Assembly (NCBI GenBank): GCA_964542765.1
Contig: CAZIVO010000003.1
Coordinates: forward strand, 11,381 to 75,380
Direction of reading: 5' to 3'
Source: an uncultured candidatus Brocadiaceae bacterium
GTDB lineage: Bacteria > Planctomycetota > UBA1135 > UBA2386
Length of the DNA stretch: 64,000 nt
The notes under the pieces were generated by a model. The model made no database searches, was not told the DNA's origin, and worked only from the letters and a program-made list of their open reading frames with translations. This document shows positions 15,663-25,254 of this stretch, piece by piece. Within the stretch, counting starts at the first letter, position 1; every line of letters starts with the position of its first letter. A program made the translations under genes and the position numbers.

Positions 15663-18173
15663 TTGGTGGGCATATTGAGCGTTGTGCGTCCCCCTTTTCT
15701 CGTCGCCCGGCTGTTGATTCTTGCGATCCTTACTTTGCAAGGTGAGCGCCTGTGTGCGCAGATAGGGAAGGATGATGAGGGCAAAGAGATCGCCGCTATT
15801 GTCATCGAGGGCGCTGGTGATGATGAAGCGATTCGTCGGCAACTGAAGACCAAGGCAGGCGATGCTCTCAAGGGGACTGATGTTCGCGATGATATTGTCG
15901 CGCTCTGGGAACGGATCAAGGTAAGGGCTCTCGTTTGGGTCGAGGATACTGACGATGGGCGTGTGCGATTGGTGTTCAGTGTCCAGGAACCGATGGCATA
16001 TGACCGAGTCGAGTTCCGAGGCGTCGATCATTACGACGACGGGGAGGTTCGATCGCTCTTGGGAATGGGCGTGGTCCAAAGAGTGACTGATCGCGAGGCT
16101 ATTCAGCACAAGCGCATGCTGATGGCTCGCTACCGCAGAGATGGTTACTACTTCGTTGAGATCGCAATTGACAAGGACAACGAGGAAGGGCTTCTCAGCT
16201 TCGTGGTCGATGAAGGCCCGAAGGTAACGGTTCGAGAGGTGCGCTTCCGAGGCAACACATCCTTTCCAGGCTCAGCTCCCCTGGGATTGTGGCAGAATCT
16301 CGTTGGCAGTTCCGGGATCGAGAGCAAGCCGGGAGTCCTGTTTTCCGGAGCCCCTTACAGTGAAGTTGCTGTCGAGGAAGATCTAGACAAGATTCGAGGT
16401 TTCTATCGTCGCATCGGTTTCAGGGACGCCAAGGCGGAACTGGCACGCCGCTCGTTCGCTGAGGGTATGGAGGAGGTTGATCTGGACTTCCGCATCGTAG
16501 AAGGGCGACGCTACCGGATTTCGGGCTTGGAACTGAGATTTGTCGACGAACGCGGAGAGACGGTTGCGGAATCTCTCTATGGCGAGGAGCGAGTTCTGGA
16601 AGAAGTCAGGGTCAAGCCGGGCGATTTCTATGACCGTGATGAGGTTGCTCGTGACAAGAGGGCTATTCAACGCTTTTACGGCGTTCGGGGGCACCCGAGC
16701 ACTGGCCGTTTCGGGAATACTCCGATCCCGAGCGCCTTCCGGATGGGTGACCCCCGAGAGCTTTTCGATGTAGAAAAAGCAACGATCGGTATCACCTTCG
16801 AGATCTTTGAGGGCACGCCGAAGAAGTTGCGGGATGTGCTCGTCGTGGGGAATACCGCGACCAAGGATCATGTCATCCGGCGCAAGGTATTCCTGTATCC
16901 CGGCGACACCATTGATACCACCGTGGTGGAGAAGTCGCTGAGGACTTTGGATGCGTTGCGCTATTTCCAGAGCATGCGAGATATGACGGGAGCGCGCTTC
17001 GAACTTGAGCCAGTCGAAGGGAGTTCGGAGGAGCTTGATCTACGGGTTCGTGTCAAGGAAGGCGACACCGGCGCACTGGTGTGGGGTGCTGGTGTCAGCT
17101 CGGGCCTTGGCATGGTCGGGCGCTTGCAATTTACCAAGCGGAACTTCGATCTGTTTCAGTTGCCGTCATCGCTCAATCCGGCCACCGTGGTTGGTGAGAT
17201 CATGGAGAACAAAGCTTTCCATGGCGCTGGGCAGGAACTGGAAATGTTCCTGGCGCCTGGCACGGAGATCAGCATGTTCCGGATGGATTTGAGTAATCCG
17301 GATCTTTTTGGCGAGCACATCGACACGATCGGCGGGCGGATTCAGGGCTTTGAGCAGATGCGAATTATGGATTCCTTCAATACGGATTCGCTGGGACTTG
17401 TGCTTGGAATGCAGCGTAACTTCAGTGAGGAACTCCAGGCGGGGATCTTCATCCGCCAAGAGACAGTCGATGTAGATGATCTTGAATCGGATGCTCCTGG
17501 CCTGGTCAAGGATGCTGAGGGCCAGACCGAACTCCGTGGTATGGGATTCAATTTCCGGTGGCGAGATTTCGATCATTTCATGCGGCCGACCGAAGGTTTC
17601 GAGGTGAAGGCTCGCGGAGAGGTTCTTGGTGGATCGTTCGGTGCGGATGAAAGCTTCTGGAAGATCGGTCTCAGCTACCGCTACTACCATCCGTTGTTCG
17701 TCGATTCGCGGGATCGTGCTCATGTACTGCATTTCCGCCAGAACTTTGATTTCGGGCGGGCGTTTGGCGGGTCTGATGACCTGTTCCTCACGGAGCGGTA
17801 CTACATGGGTGGCAGCAATCTGCGAGGCTTTGACCAGAGGCAGGCAGGCCCGGTTGAGAATGGTCATCCACTTGGAGGAGAGGCGAGGTTTCTGACAACG
17901 CTGGAGTATCAGTTTCCTCTGGTCTCTACTCGGCTCGAATCACAATTGGGTGAGACGGAGCTATTACGGGGCGTGATCTTCATGGATACCGGACAATTGG
18001 GAATGGGGATCGATGATTCATCTTTCAGCGATCTCAGGGTCAGTGTGGGCTTTGGAGTTAGGATCATTGTTCCTTACTTCACTTTCCCGATAGCGCTCGA
18101 CCTTGGTTTCCCTGTCATGAGCGAAGAAACGGATGATCGCAAGGTGTTCTACTTTACTCTGGGCAAGTTCTGA
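15663..18173 (+). CDS. bamA: Outer-membrane protein assembly factor BamA (POTRA repeats plus Omp85 barrel)
   Basis: Signal peptide, then repeated POTRA-like units (I..I.IEG......I). The C-terminal barrel contains YYMGGSNLRGF and ends in ...FYFTLGKF (terminal Phe). Confidence 0.9.
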   Translation: MVGILSVVRPPFLVARLLILAILTLQGERLCAQIGKDDEGKEIAAIVIEGAGDDEAIRRQLKTKAGDALKGTDVRDDIVALWERIKVRALVWVEDTDDGRVRLVFSVQEPMAYDRVEFRGVDHYDDGEVRSLLGMGVVQRVTDREAIQHKRMLMARYRRDGYYFVEIAIDKDNEEGLLSFVVDEGPKVTVREVRFRGNTSFPGSAPLGLWQNLVGSSGIESKPGVLFSGAPYSEVAVEEDLDKIRGFYRRIGFRDAKAELARRSFAEGMEEVDLDFRIVEGRRYRISGLELRFVDERGETVAESLYGEERVLEEVRVKPGDFYDRDEVARDKRAIQRFYGVRGHPSTGRFGNTPIPSAFRMGDPRELFDVEKATIGITFEIFEGTPKKLRDVLVVGNTATKDHVIRRKVFLYPGDTIDTTVVEKSLRTLDALRYFQSMRDMTGARFELEPVEGSSEELDLRVRVKEGDTGALVWGAGVSSGLGMVGRLQFTKRNFDLFQLPSSLNPATVVGEIMENKAFHGAGQELEMFLAPGTEISMFRMDLSNPDLFGEHIDTIGGRIQGFEQMRIMDSFNTDSLGLVLGMQRNFSEELQAGIFIRQETVDVDDLESDAPGLVKDAEGQTELRGMGFNFRWRDFDHFMRPTEGFEVKARGEVLGGSFGADESFWKIGLSYRYYHPLFVDSRDRAHVLHFRQNFDFGRAFGGSDDLFLTERYYMGGSNLRGFDQRQAGPVENGHPLGGEARFLTTLEYQFPLVSTRLESQLGETELLRGVIFMDTGQLGMGIDDSSFSDLRVSVGFGVRIIVPYFTFPIALDLGFPVMSEETDDRKVFYFTLGKF

Positions 18174-18242
18174 TGGCCGCTGACGGGATCAGGGAGATAT
18201 CTCTCCCGGGTAAGATCGTTGTGGCGAATCACGAGGAGCAGC

Positions 18243-19772
18243 ATGTCAGAGATCTGTGTCGGCTCGCCTGATCTCAAGTTCGATGGCCTGGTAGGGCTGG
18301 CAGCCAGAGCCAGTCGGATCCTTGTTCCCGAGGGCCCGAGAGGAAGGATTCGCGAGTCTCGTCGGACGATTGATCAGGCATTGTCAGAGGGGAGAACGGT
18401 CTACGGTGTAAATACCGGTTTTGGCAAGCTCTCGGGTGTCTCGATACCCGAGGATCAACTCGCGGTCTTGCAGAAGAATCTCCTCCTGAGTCATGCCACC
18501 GGAGTTGGCGAACTCTTGTCGGAGGACATTTGTCGCCTTGCGTTCGGGTTGCGAATCCACAATCTGGCGCTGGGTTTCTCCGGGGTTCGCCTTGAGTTGA
18601 TCGAGCGTATGGAGGGGATGTTCAACGCATCCATGTCCCCCGTCATGCCGTCTCAGGGTTCAGTTGGTGCGTCCGGCGATCTTGCGCCCCTGGCACATAT
18701 GGCCTTGCCGCTGATCGGTCGTGGCGAAGTCTACCATGATGGCGAGGTCATCACGGGGCAGGCAGCGCTCGACCGGCTTGGGTGGGCACCGCTCGACCTG
18801 GCTGCCAAGGAAGGGCTAGCCCTGATCAACGGCACCCAGGTCATGACTGCGATCGGACTGATCGCTCTGGCTCGTGCTATCGATCTGAGCAAGGCCGCTG
18901 ATATTGCATGTGCAATGACCGTCGAGGCCTTGCGTGGATCGGATCAGCCATTTGCAGAGGCTGTGCATGCCGTCAGGCCTCACGAGGGTCAGCGACTCAC
19001 AGCAGCCAATCTCCGCACGTTGCTCGAGTCATCAGAGATCCTCTTGAGCCATCAAGAATGTGAGAAGGTACAAGACGCTTATTCGATCCGCTGCGCTCCT
19101 CAAGTGCATGGAGCGGTGAAGGGCGCGCTCCATCACGTGATGACAGTGCTCGTGAACGAGGGAAACTCTGTGACGGACAACCCGATTGTTTTTTCGAATG
19201 GTGATGTGATTTCAGCCGGAAACTTTCACGGACAGCCTGTGAGCCAGGCTCTCGACTTCTTGTCCATTGGCATCAGTACTCTTGCGAATATCAGTGAGCG
19301 ACGTACCGAGAATCTTGTCAACCCGGACATCTCTGGCTTGCCCCCATTTCTTGCTGCGACCCCGGGTATTGAAAGCGGCTTCATGATCCCTCAGGTCGTG
19401 GCAGCTTCGTTGGCTTCGGAGAACAAGACACTGGCGCATCCTGCCAGTGTCGACACGATTCCTACATCGGCGAACCGAGAGGACCATGTTTCCATGGGGG
19501 TGACTGCCGCCCGGCATGCCATGCAGATTGTGGTGAACACTACCAATGTGATCGCCATCGAGTGCCTGTGCGGAGCTCAGGGATTGGATTGTGGTGAGAG
19601 CCTTCGCCCCGGTAAAGGGGTGGCGCAAGCATACGAGGTGATTCGTGAGCGGGTCGCATCGTTGGACAGCGACCGCTATCTGGCGCCGGATGTGAAGGCC
19701 ATAGGGGATTTGCTGGCGTCGGGAGATCTGGTGCGCAGGGTTGAGGAGGCGGTCGGTGAGCTTCATTCTTAG
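18243..19772 (+). CDS. hutH: Histidine ammonia-lyase
   Basis: MIO-forming motif SVGASGDLAPLAH and the overall HAL/PAL pattern. ATG 18243 is preceded by gaggag. The ORF track start is TTG 18219. Confidence 0.95.
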   Translation: MSEICVGSPDLKFDGLVGLAARASRILVPEGPRGRIRESRRTIDQALSEGRTVYGVNTGFGKLSGVSIPEDQLAVLQKNLLLSHATGVGELLSEDICRLAFGLRIHNLALGFSGVRLELIERMEGMFNASMSPVMPSQGSVGASGDLAPLAHMALPLIGRGEVYHDGEVITGQAALDRLGWAPLDLAAKEGLALINGTQVMTAIGLIALARAIDLSKAADIACAMTVEALRGSDQPFAEAVHAVRPHEGQRLTAANLRTLLESSEILLSHQECEKVQDAYSIRCAPQVHGAVKGALHHVMTVLVNEGNSVTDNPIVFSNGDVISAGNFHGQPVSQALDFLSIGISTLANISERRTENLVNPDISGLPPFLAATPGIESGFMIPQVVAASLASENKTLAHPASVDTIPTSANREDHVSMGVTAARHAMQIVVNTTNVIAIECLCGAQGLDCGESLRPGKGVAQAYEVIRERVASLDSDRYLAPDVKAIGDLLASGDLVRRVEEAVGELHS

Positions 19773-19817
19773 AGGTTCTTTCTTGCCTGCGAGTATTTGA
19801 TGGAATGAGGAGAGAAG

Positions 19818-21464
19818 ATGGTCATGCCTGAAACGCGCCGAGCCCCGCGAGGCACGCAACTCACCTGCGCCAACTGGCAGATAGAAGCTCCTTACCGGAT
19901 GATCCAGAACAATCTGGACCCTGAGGTTGCCGAGGACCCTGCGAATCTCATCGTTTACGGGGGCTCGGGTCAGGCGGCTCGGAGCAAGGAAGCGTTGGAA
20001 GGGATCTTGTCGGCGCTACGCCGCCTCCAGCCGGAAGAGACCATGCTGGTGCAGTCTGGAAAGTGTGTGGGTGTGTTTCGCACCCATGAGGACGCGCCGC
20101 GGGTGCTCATCGCGAACAGTAACTTGGTGGGTGACTGGGCAAATTGGGATGAATTTCGACGGCTGCAGGAGGCCGGGTTGATCATGTACGGCCAGATGAC
20201 AGCTGGCTCGTGGATCTACATCGGTAGCCAAGGGATTGTCCAGGGAACGCACGAGACCTTCATTGCAGCCGGTCGCCGCCATTTTGGCGGAGACCTTTCG
20301 GGGAGGTTGGTTGTGACAGCTGGGCTCGGAGGGATGGGAGGAGCGCAACCGCTCGCCGTCACCTTGGCCGGAGGGGTTTGTCTGGCTGCGGATGTTGATC
20401 CTGTCCGGATCACCAAGCGCCTCGAAACCCGGTATCTCGATCGATTTGCAGGTGACATCGATGAAGCGATCTCTCTCGCTGAAGAGATGGCAACCAAGCG
20501 CCGAGCTTGCTCTATCGGGGTTGAGTGCAATGCCACTGAGTTACTGGAGGCTCTCTTATCTCGATCTTTGGTGCCGGATCTGTTGACGGATCAGACCAGT
20601 GCCCACGACATGCTCAATGGATACGTGCCGGATGGCCGATCCTTGGCGGAGTCTTTGGAACTCCGACGCAGCGATCCGCAAGCCTATCTGGCGGCTTCTC
20701 GGGAGACCGTGGCTCGACATGTCCAGTTGATGCGAAAGCTTCAAGACCTCGGGGCGATCACGTTCGACTACGGCAACAATATACGGACCGAAGCACGCGA
20801 TGCGGGAGTTGCAGATGCATTCGAGATCCCAGGATTCGTGCCGGAATATATCCGGCCATTGTTTTGCGAGGGACGTGGCCCATTTCGTTGGGTGGCGCTG
20901 AGCGGGGTGCCCGAGGATATCTACCGAACCGATGACCTCATTCTCGAGATGTTTCCCGAGAAGGAGGATCTGGTCCGGTGGATCCGGTGCGCGCGGGAGA
21001 GGATTGCCTTTCAGGGGCTGCCGGCGCGTATATGCTGGCTCGGTTACGGAGAGCGAGAGCGCTTTGCCCTGGCAGTGAATGATCTCGTCGCATCTGGAGA
21101 GATCAGCGCGCCCGTGGTTTTCGGGCGCGACCACTTGGATTGCGGTTCCGTCGCCTCTCCCTATCGGGAGACCGAGGGAATGAAGGACGGCTCGGATGCT
21201 ATCGCAGATTGGCCGTTGCTGAATGCGATGCTGAACGTTGCGTGTGGAGCGACCTGGGTCTCCATTCACCATGGCGGTGGTGTGGGAATAGGTAGGTCGA
21301 TCCACGCTGGTCAGGTAACGGTTGCGGATGGGTCCCCAGAAGCTGCTCAGAGACTGTCACGGGTCATGACTTGTGATCCGGGCATCGGTGTGGCCCGGCA
21401 TGCCGATGCTGGTTACGGGGCTGCTCATGAGACCGCTGTGGCCCATGGAATCGATCTCGGCTGA
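19818..21464 (+). CDS. hutU: Urocanate hydratase
   Basis: 548 aa with [14 protein letters not shown] (NAD site), [22 protein letters not shown] and [14 protein letters not shown]. Confidence 0.95.
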   Translation: MVMPETRRAPRGTQLTCANWQIEAPYRMIQNNLDPEVAEDPANLIVYGGSGQAARSKEALEGILSALRRLQPEETMLVQSGKCVGVFRTHEDAPRVLIANSNLVGDWANWDEFRRLQEAGLIMYGQMTAGSWIYIGSQGIVQGTHETFIAAGRRHFGGDLSGRLVVTAGLGGMGGAQPLAVTLAGGVCLAADVDPVRITKRLETRYLDRFAGDIDEAISLAEEMATKRRACSIGVECNATELLEALLSRSLVPDLLTDQTSAHDMLNGYVPDGRSLAESLELRRSDPQAYLAASRETVARHVQLMRKLQDLGAITFDYGNNIRTEARDAGVADAFEIPGFVPEYIRPLFCEGRGPFRWVALSGVPEDIYRTDDLILEMFPEKEDLVRWIRCARERIAFQGLPARICWLGYGERERFALAVNDLVASGEISAPVVFGRDHLDCGSVASPYRETEGMKDGSDAIADWPLLNAMLNVACGATWVSIHHGGGVGIGRSIHAGQVTVADGSPEAAQRLSRVMTCDPGIGVARHADAGYGAAHETAVAHGIDLG

Positions 21465-21710
21465 CGGCTTTTTACGGATTTGTGTGGGCGGGGCTATCGA
21501 TGCAGTTGCCCCGGCTTCCCCCCCTCTAACCGGCCCTGCTAGCGTCTGTAAGGCTGCAGATGACTTTCTGCTCTGGAAATCGATCCTCGATACCGTATCC
21601 ATGATCCCTGACCATGGGAGTGGCGCCTCGGCATCGACTCAGGAATGCTTGAGATGTGGTGTCCTGGCGACCGATGGACCTCATACAACTGCAACTGCTG
21701 GGTTTTGAAT

Positions 21711-22466
21711 ATGTTCCGAACGCGTAAACCAGAAAAGGATGATCTTGCTAGCGATGACATGGTCGTCATCGTTGAGCAGGCGGTGAATCCCTTCCTCGTC
21801 GTGTTCCATGAACCATCGGGATTCCGCGCAGAGCAGATCAGGGCGCTGCGGAACAGACTCATCGCCATGAATCCGGATAGCGCTGCCAAAACATTGGTTG
21901 TCACCTCTGCGATCAGAGGTGAAGGAAAATCGGTGACGGCCGCCAATTTGGCCATGGCATTTGCGCAACTCGATCACTGTCCGGTCCTTCTCTTGGACGG
22001 CGACTTGCGGTCGCCATCGTTGGAATCCTATCTCAGTCTTGGCACGCAGCCGGGTATTGCGGATGTGCTCATGGGCCGTGTCAGCCTGGATGAAGCGATT
22101 CGAGAGACGGGAATCAACAATCTGTGGATGATGGGAGCAGGGATGGATAGTGCTGAGGGGCCCTCCGAGATCATCACGTCACCCAAGGTGGGTGAGCTGT
22201 TTGCACGATTGAAGCAGCAATTCCATTACGTGATTGTTGATACCTCGGCATGTGTGCCCGCCACGGACGCTAGCGTTTTTTCGGCGCGGGCAGATGGAAC
22301 GTTGGTTGTGGTAAGACTCGAGCATTCATCGAAGACCTTGACACAAGAAGCGATCAAGAATCTCCAGGATCTGGGGGGCAATATTCTCGGCACCTTCGTG
22401 ACCGAGGTGCGTGGAGCTGATCCGGAAGCGGACCCTCGCCTACGAGGCACTAGCAGAGGGAGGTAG
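21711..22466 (+). CDS. CpsD/CapB (BY-kinase)-like P-loop ATPase without a C-terminal Tyr cluster or a Wzz-type activator
   Basis: EPSGFRAEQIRALRNRL lead-in, Walker A SAIRGEGKS, Walker A' LLLDGDLRSP, Walker B YVIVDTSA. The C-terminus RGADPEADPRLRGTSRGR contains no Tyr. The likely start is ATG 21711; the ORF track gives 21645. Confidence 0.7.
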   Translation: MFRTRKPEKDDLASDDMVVIVEQAVNPFLVVFHEPSGFRAEQIRALRNRLIAMNPDSAAKTLVVTSAIRGEGKSVTAANLAMAFAQLDHCPVLLLDGDLRSPSLESYLSLGTQPGIADVLMGRVSLDEAIRETGINNLWMMGAGMDSAEGPSEIITSPKVGELFARLKQQFHYVIVDTSACVPATDASVFSARADGTLVVVRLEHSSKTLTQEAIKNLQDLGGNILGTFVTEVRGADPEADPRLRGTSRGR

Positions 22467-22468
22467 CC

Positions 22469-23260
22469 TTGGGGAATCTCGGCAGGGGTTTGAAGGATGC
22501 TCTTCGCAAGCTGGCGCATCGGACCTCGGTTGATCAGCTGATCGAGAGCGGTGTCACCCAGGTCAATGTTGTTGGCATGGATCGGATCGCTCAGCTCGTT
22601 GAGGAGGCGGTATACCGCAGCTTGAAGGATAAATTCCTCAGCGGGGAGCGTGCCGAGGTTGCAGAATCGACGCGCGAGGAGTTCGTGAACCTCATGCGGA
22701 GTAATGAGAGCCTGGAGCAGTCTCGCAATGAGGCGGTAGAGGCAAGGGAGCGCGCCGAGGAGTCCGTGGATGAGCTGCGTCGCGAACTCGAGGATCACAA
22801 GCGCTCTTTACGTGAGAAACTCGCCAGCGCTGAGGCCATCGAGCGCCCTCTCCAAGAGAGCGAGAATGCGGCCATCCTCGCTCGGGTAGAGGAGTTCTTT
22901 GATGATGTTGCAAGCGACTCGCCAGAGGCCTTGCTCCAGTTCAAGGGGCGGATGGCTGAGCTTGTGATGAGCTTGATTGTCAAGGAGCGAGAGGATGCGA
23001 TCCTGGCTAGGCAAGTGGCGAAGGATGCCGAGGCAGCTCGACTGGAGCGGCGCATCGAGAAGATCACAGGGATCTTGCGAGAGACCGAAGGGAAGTTAGC
23101 CTACGTGGCCAGCCTCAAGGATGTGGGTAGTGGCATCTCCTCTGTATTCCGTGAAGTACAGGGGCTCTCCGCGGAGGATATTTTTTTCGAGAAGAAGACC
23201 GCTCTGATGAGCAACCTCTTCGAAGCGAACATGGCATTGCAACAGGGCCTTGAGGATTAG
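22469..23260 (+). CDS. Acidic coiled-coil protein of unknown function
   Basis: 263 aa, E/R/A/L-rich with heptad-like stretches (EQSRNEAVEARERAEESVDELRRELEDHKRSLREKLASAEA). It has no signal peptide or TM segment. The TTG start lies 2 nt after the upstream stop. Confidence 0.6.
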   Translation: MGNLGRGLKDALRKLAHRTSVDQLIESGVTQVNVVGMDRIAQLVEEAVYRSLKDKFLSGERAEVAESTREEFVNLMRSNESLEQSRNEAVEARERAEESVDELRRELEDHKRSLREKLASAEAIERPLQESENAAILARVEEFFDDVASDSPEALLQFKGRMAELVMSLIVKEREDAILARQVAKDAEAARLERRIEKITGILRETEGKLAYVASLKDVGSGISSVFREVQGLSAEDIFFEKKTALMSNLFEANMALQQGLED

Positions 23261-23285
23261 ACGAGAAGCTTGAGAGGGATCGAAG

Positions 23286-24368
23286 ATGATGGCAGATGAA
23301 GGCACAGGCGTGAAGGAAACCACGCAATCCCAGGAAGCGCAGGGGCCACGCAAGGACCATGGCGTCCTCTATGTGGGGATGGACCTGGGGACCTCGCGCA
23401 CGTCGATTTCGGCTAGCAATGGTGTGCGAGAATCTGTCTTCTCCGTTGTCGGCTACCCCAAGGATGTGGTCAGTCGGAAACTGTTGCAGCGGGATGTCCT
23501 GTTTGGCAAGGAGGCGATGGACAAGAGACTGTCCTTGGATTTTTATCGCCCTCTTGAGAAGGGCGTCCTCAAGGATGATGAGAAGGATAAAGGGGCTGAT
23601 GCTGCCAAGGATCTGATCGGTGAGGCGATCCGGATCTCTCAACCGCGTTCCGACGAGTTGATCTATGCCGTGATCGGTGTTCCTGCTCAGGCCTCGATGA
23701 AGAACAAGGAGGCGATAGTCGAGGCGGCGCGCGAGCATGTTGATTCCGTGATGCTTTGCAGTGAGCCCTTTGCTGTGGCTTATGGGCTGGAGATGCTCGA
23801 AGACGTTTTGGTTGTCGACATCGGAGCCGGGACCATGGATATGTGCCGTATGCACGGCACGATGCCCGAAGAGGCGGATCAGATCACATCCGAAATCGCC
23901 GGAGATGCTGTCGATGCACGGTTATCGGAGTTGGTCGGTGAAGCCTGTGCAGGCGTTCAGTTCACGCCCCAGATGATCAAGGAACTCAAGGAGCGGCATG
24001 CTTACGTGGGGAATCCGGCCGGGCCTTGCCTCGTGCAGTTGCCAGTGAATGGCAAGCCGACGGAGTTCGATATCACGGCGCAGGTGAAGGAGGCTTGTGA
24101 GATCCTTGTGCCGGAGATCACCCAAGGAGTGACCTCCCTGATTTCCTCCTTCGACCCCGAATTCCAGGAGAGGTTGCGTGGCCGGGTCCTCATCGCCGGT
24201 GGCGGTTCCCTCGTGAAGGGGCTGGATCTGGCGGTCGAGGAATCTCTGAATAAAAATCTTGGAGGCGCCAAGGTGATCCGTATCGAGGAACCGATCTACG
24301 GCGGTGCCAACGGTGCCCTGAAAATCGCGCAAGACATGCCCGGGGAATACTGGGAGAGGCTGAAGTAG
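23286..24368 (+). CDS. MamK-like bacterial actin (ASHA/actin-fold ATPase)
   Basis: Actin-fold motifs VGMDLGTSRT (phosphate 1), VVDIGAGTMD (phosphate 2) and IAGGGS (adenosine). VVGYPKDVVSRKLL, VIGVPA, SEPFAVAYGL and the terminal ..EYWERL match my recollection of Magnetospirillum MamK better than MreB, ParM or FtsA. Confidence 0.75.
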   Translation: MMADEGTGVKETTQSQEAQGPRKDHGVLYVGMDLGTSRTSISASNGVRESVFSVVGYPKDVVSRKLLQRDVLFGKEAMDKRLSLDFYRPLEKGVLKDDEKDKGADAAKDLIGEAIRISQPRSDELIYAVIGVPAQASMKNKEAIVEAAREHVDSVMLCSEPFAVAYGLEMLEDVLVVDIGAGTMDMCRMHGTMPEEADQITSEIAGDAVDARLSELVGEACAGVQFTPQMIKELKERHAYVGNPAGPCLVQLPVNGKPTEFDITAQVKEACEILVPEITQGVTSLISSFDPEFQERLRGRVLIAGGGSLVKGLDLAVEESLNKNLGGAKVIRIEEPIYGGANGALKIAQDMPGEYWERLK

Positions 24369-24473
24369 CAGGCTGTCGCGGCCAGGCCGAAAAGTTTCTC
24401 GGTTGTTGACCTGAGTAAGGAGGCTTTGAGCCTTGTCAGGCGAGTTTGTGGCGCTGCTCTGTAGCGTGCAGAG

Positions 24474-25250
24474 TCAGTCGATCCCGAACTCGGATCGGAG
24501 GATCTCTTTGAGTTCGTAGAAGTCATGAATCTCGAAGTCGGGGTCGGTCACGCCTTCAGCTATTGCATGTCGCCCGGATCGCTTGATACGGGTTGCGATG
24601 AAGCCTTCTTGCTTGCAGGGATCGATGTCGTGAGTGGGGTTGTCACCGACATACATGACTCGTGATGCTTCCAGGTCGAGATCCGTGAGGACTCGCCGGT
24701 AGAGTTTCGGATTCGGCTTGCTGATGCCGATCTGGTCCGTGAGGAAGATGGCTGAGGGGGTGATGAAGTCGTGGATCTTCAGGCGGATGATCTTCTCGGC
24801 CTGCTTGACGGTCCATCCGGCGGAGATGATGCCGACGATGGGCACCTTGCCGGCGACCCATCGCAAGACATCGTAGGCATCGTCATGGACCTGGAATTCT
24901 CGCCATTTGGTCTCATGGTAGGCGACAACACCCGCGGCGACGAGAATGGCAGGATTCAGTCCCGCTGTTGCTTCTGCCGGCAACCGGAGCAAGAGTTTGT
25001 CGAAGTGGCGGTCGTAGTTGCTCGAGAACTCGCCGAGAACTTCTTCAAGTTCTCGGCGACATGACTCCCGTTCAGCGCGGAGGCCATGCTTGATCATGGC
25101 ATCGATGGCTGCTCGGCGCGCCTTGTCTGCGAACACCGATGTGGAGAAGAGCGTGTCGTCGATATCGAAGAAGATCGCGTCGAGACTGCGTGTTACTCCA
25201 GCGCGGCCGTGTCCCTTTTTTTGCTCAGAACCGGATTCGGCCTCGCCCAC
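24474..25250 (-). CDS. HAD-superfamily hydrolase/phosphatase
   Basis: Motif I FFDIDDTLF, motif II GIISAG, motif III/IV K...YVGDNPTHD. The start lies 4 nt downstream of the secretin-1 stop. Confidence 0.8.
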   Translation of the reverse strand: MGEAESGSEQKKGHGRAGVTRSLDAIFFDIDDTLFSTSVFADKARRAAIDAMIKHGLRAERESCRRELEEVLGEFSSNYDRHFDKLLLRLPAEATAGLNPAILVAAGVVAYHETKWREFQVHDDAYDVLRWVAGKVPIVGIISAGWTVKQAEKIIRLKIHDFITPSAIFLTDQIGISKPNPKLYRRVLTDLDLEASRVMYVGDNPTHDIDPCKQEGFIATRIKRSGRHAIAEGVTDPDFEIHDFYELKEILRSEFGID

Positions 25251-25254
25251 GGGC

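Noticed and set aside
23286-24368. Magnetosome island, suggested by the MamK-like actin
   Set aside because: No other magnetosome genes (mamA/B/E/I/L/M/O/P/Q, mms) are present in the 64 kb. The neighbours are hutHU and envelope genes. It is treated as a MamK-like actin in a different context.
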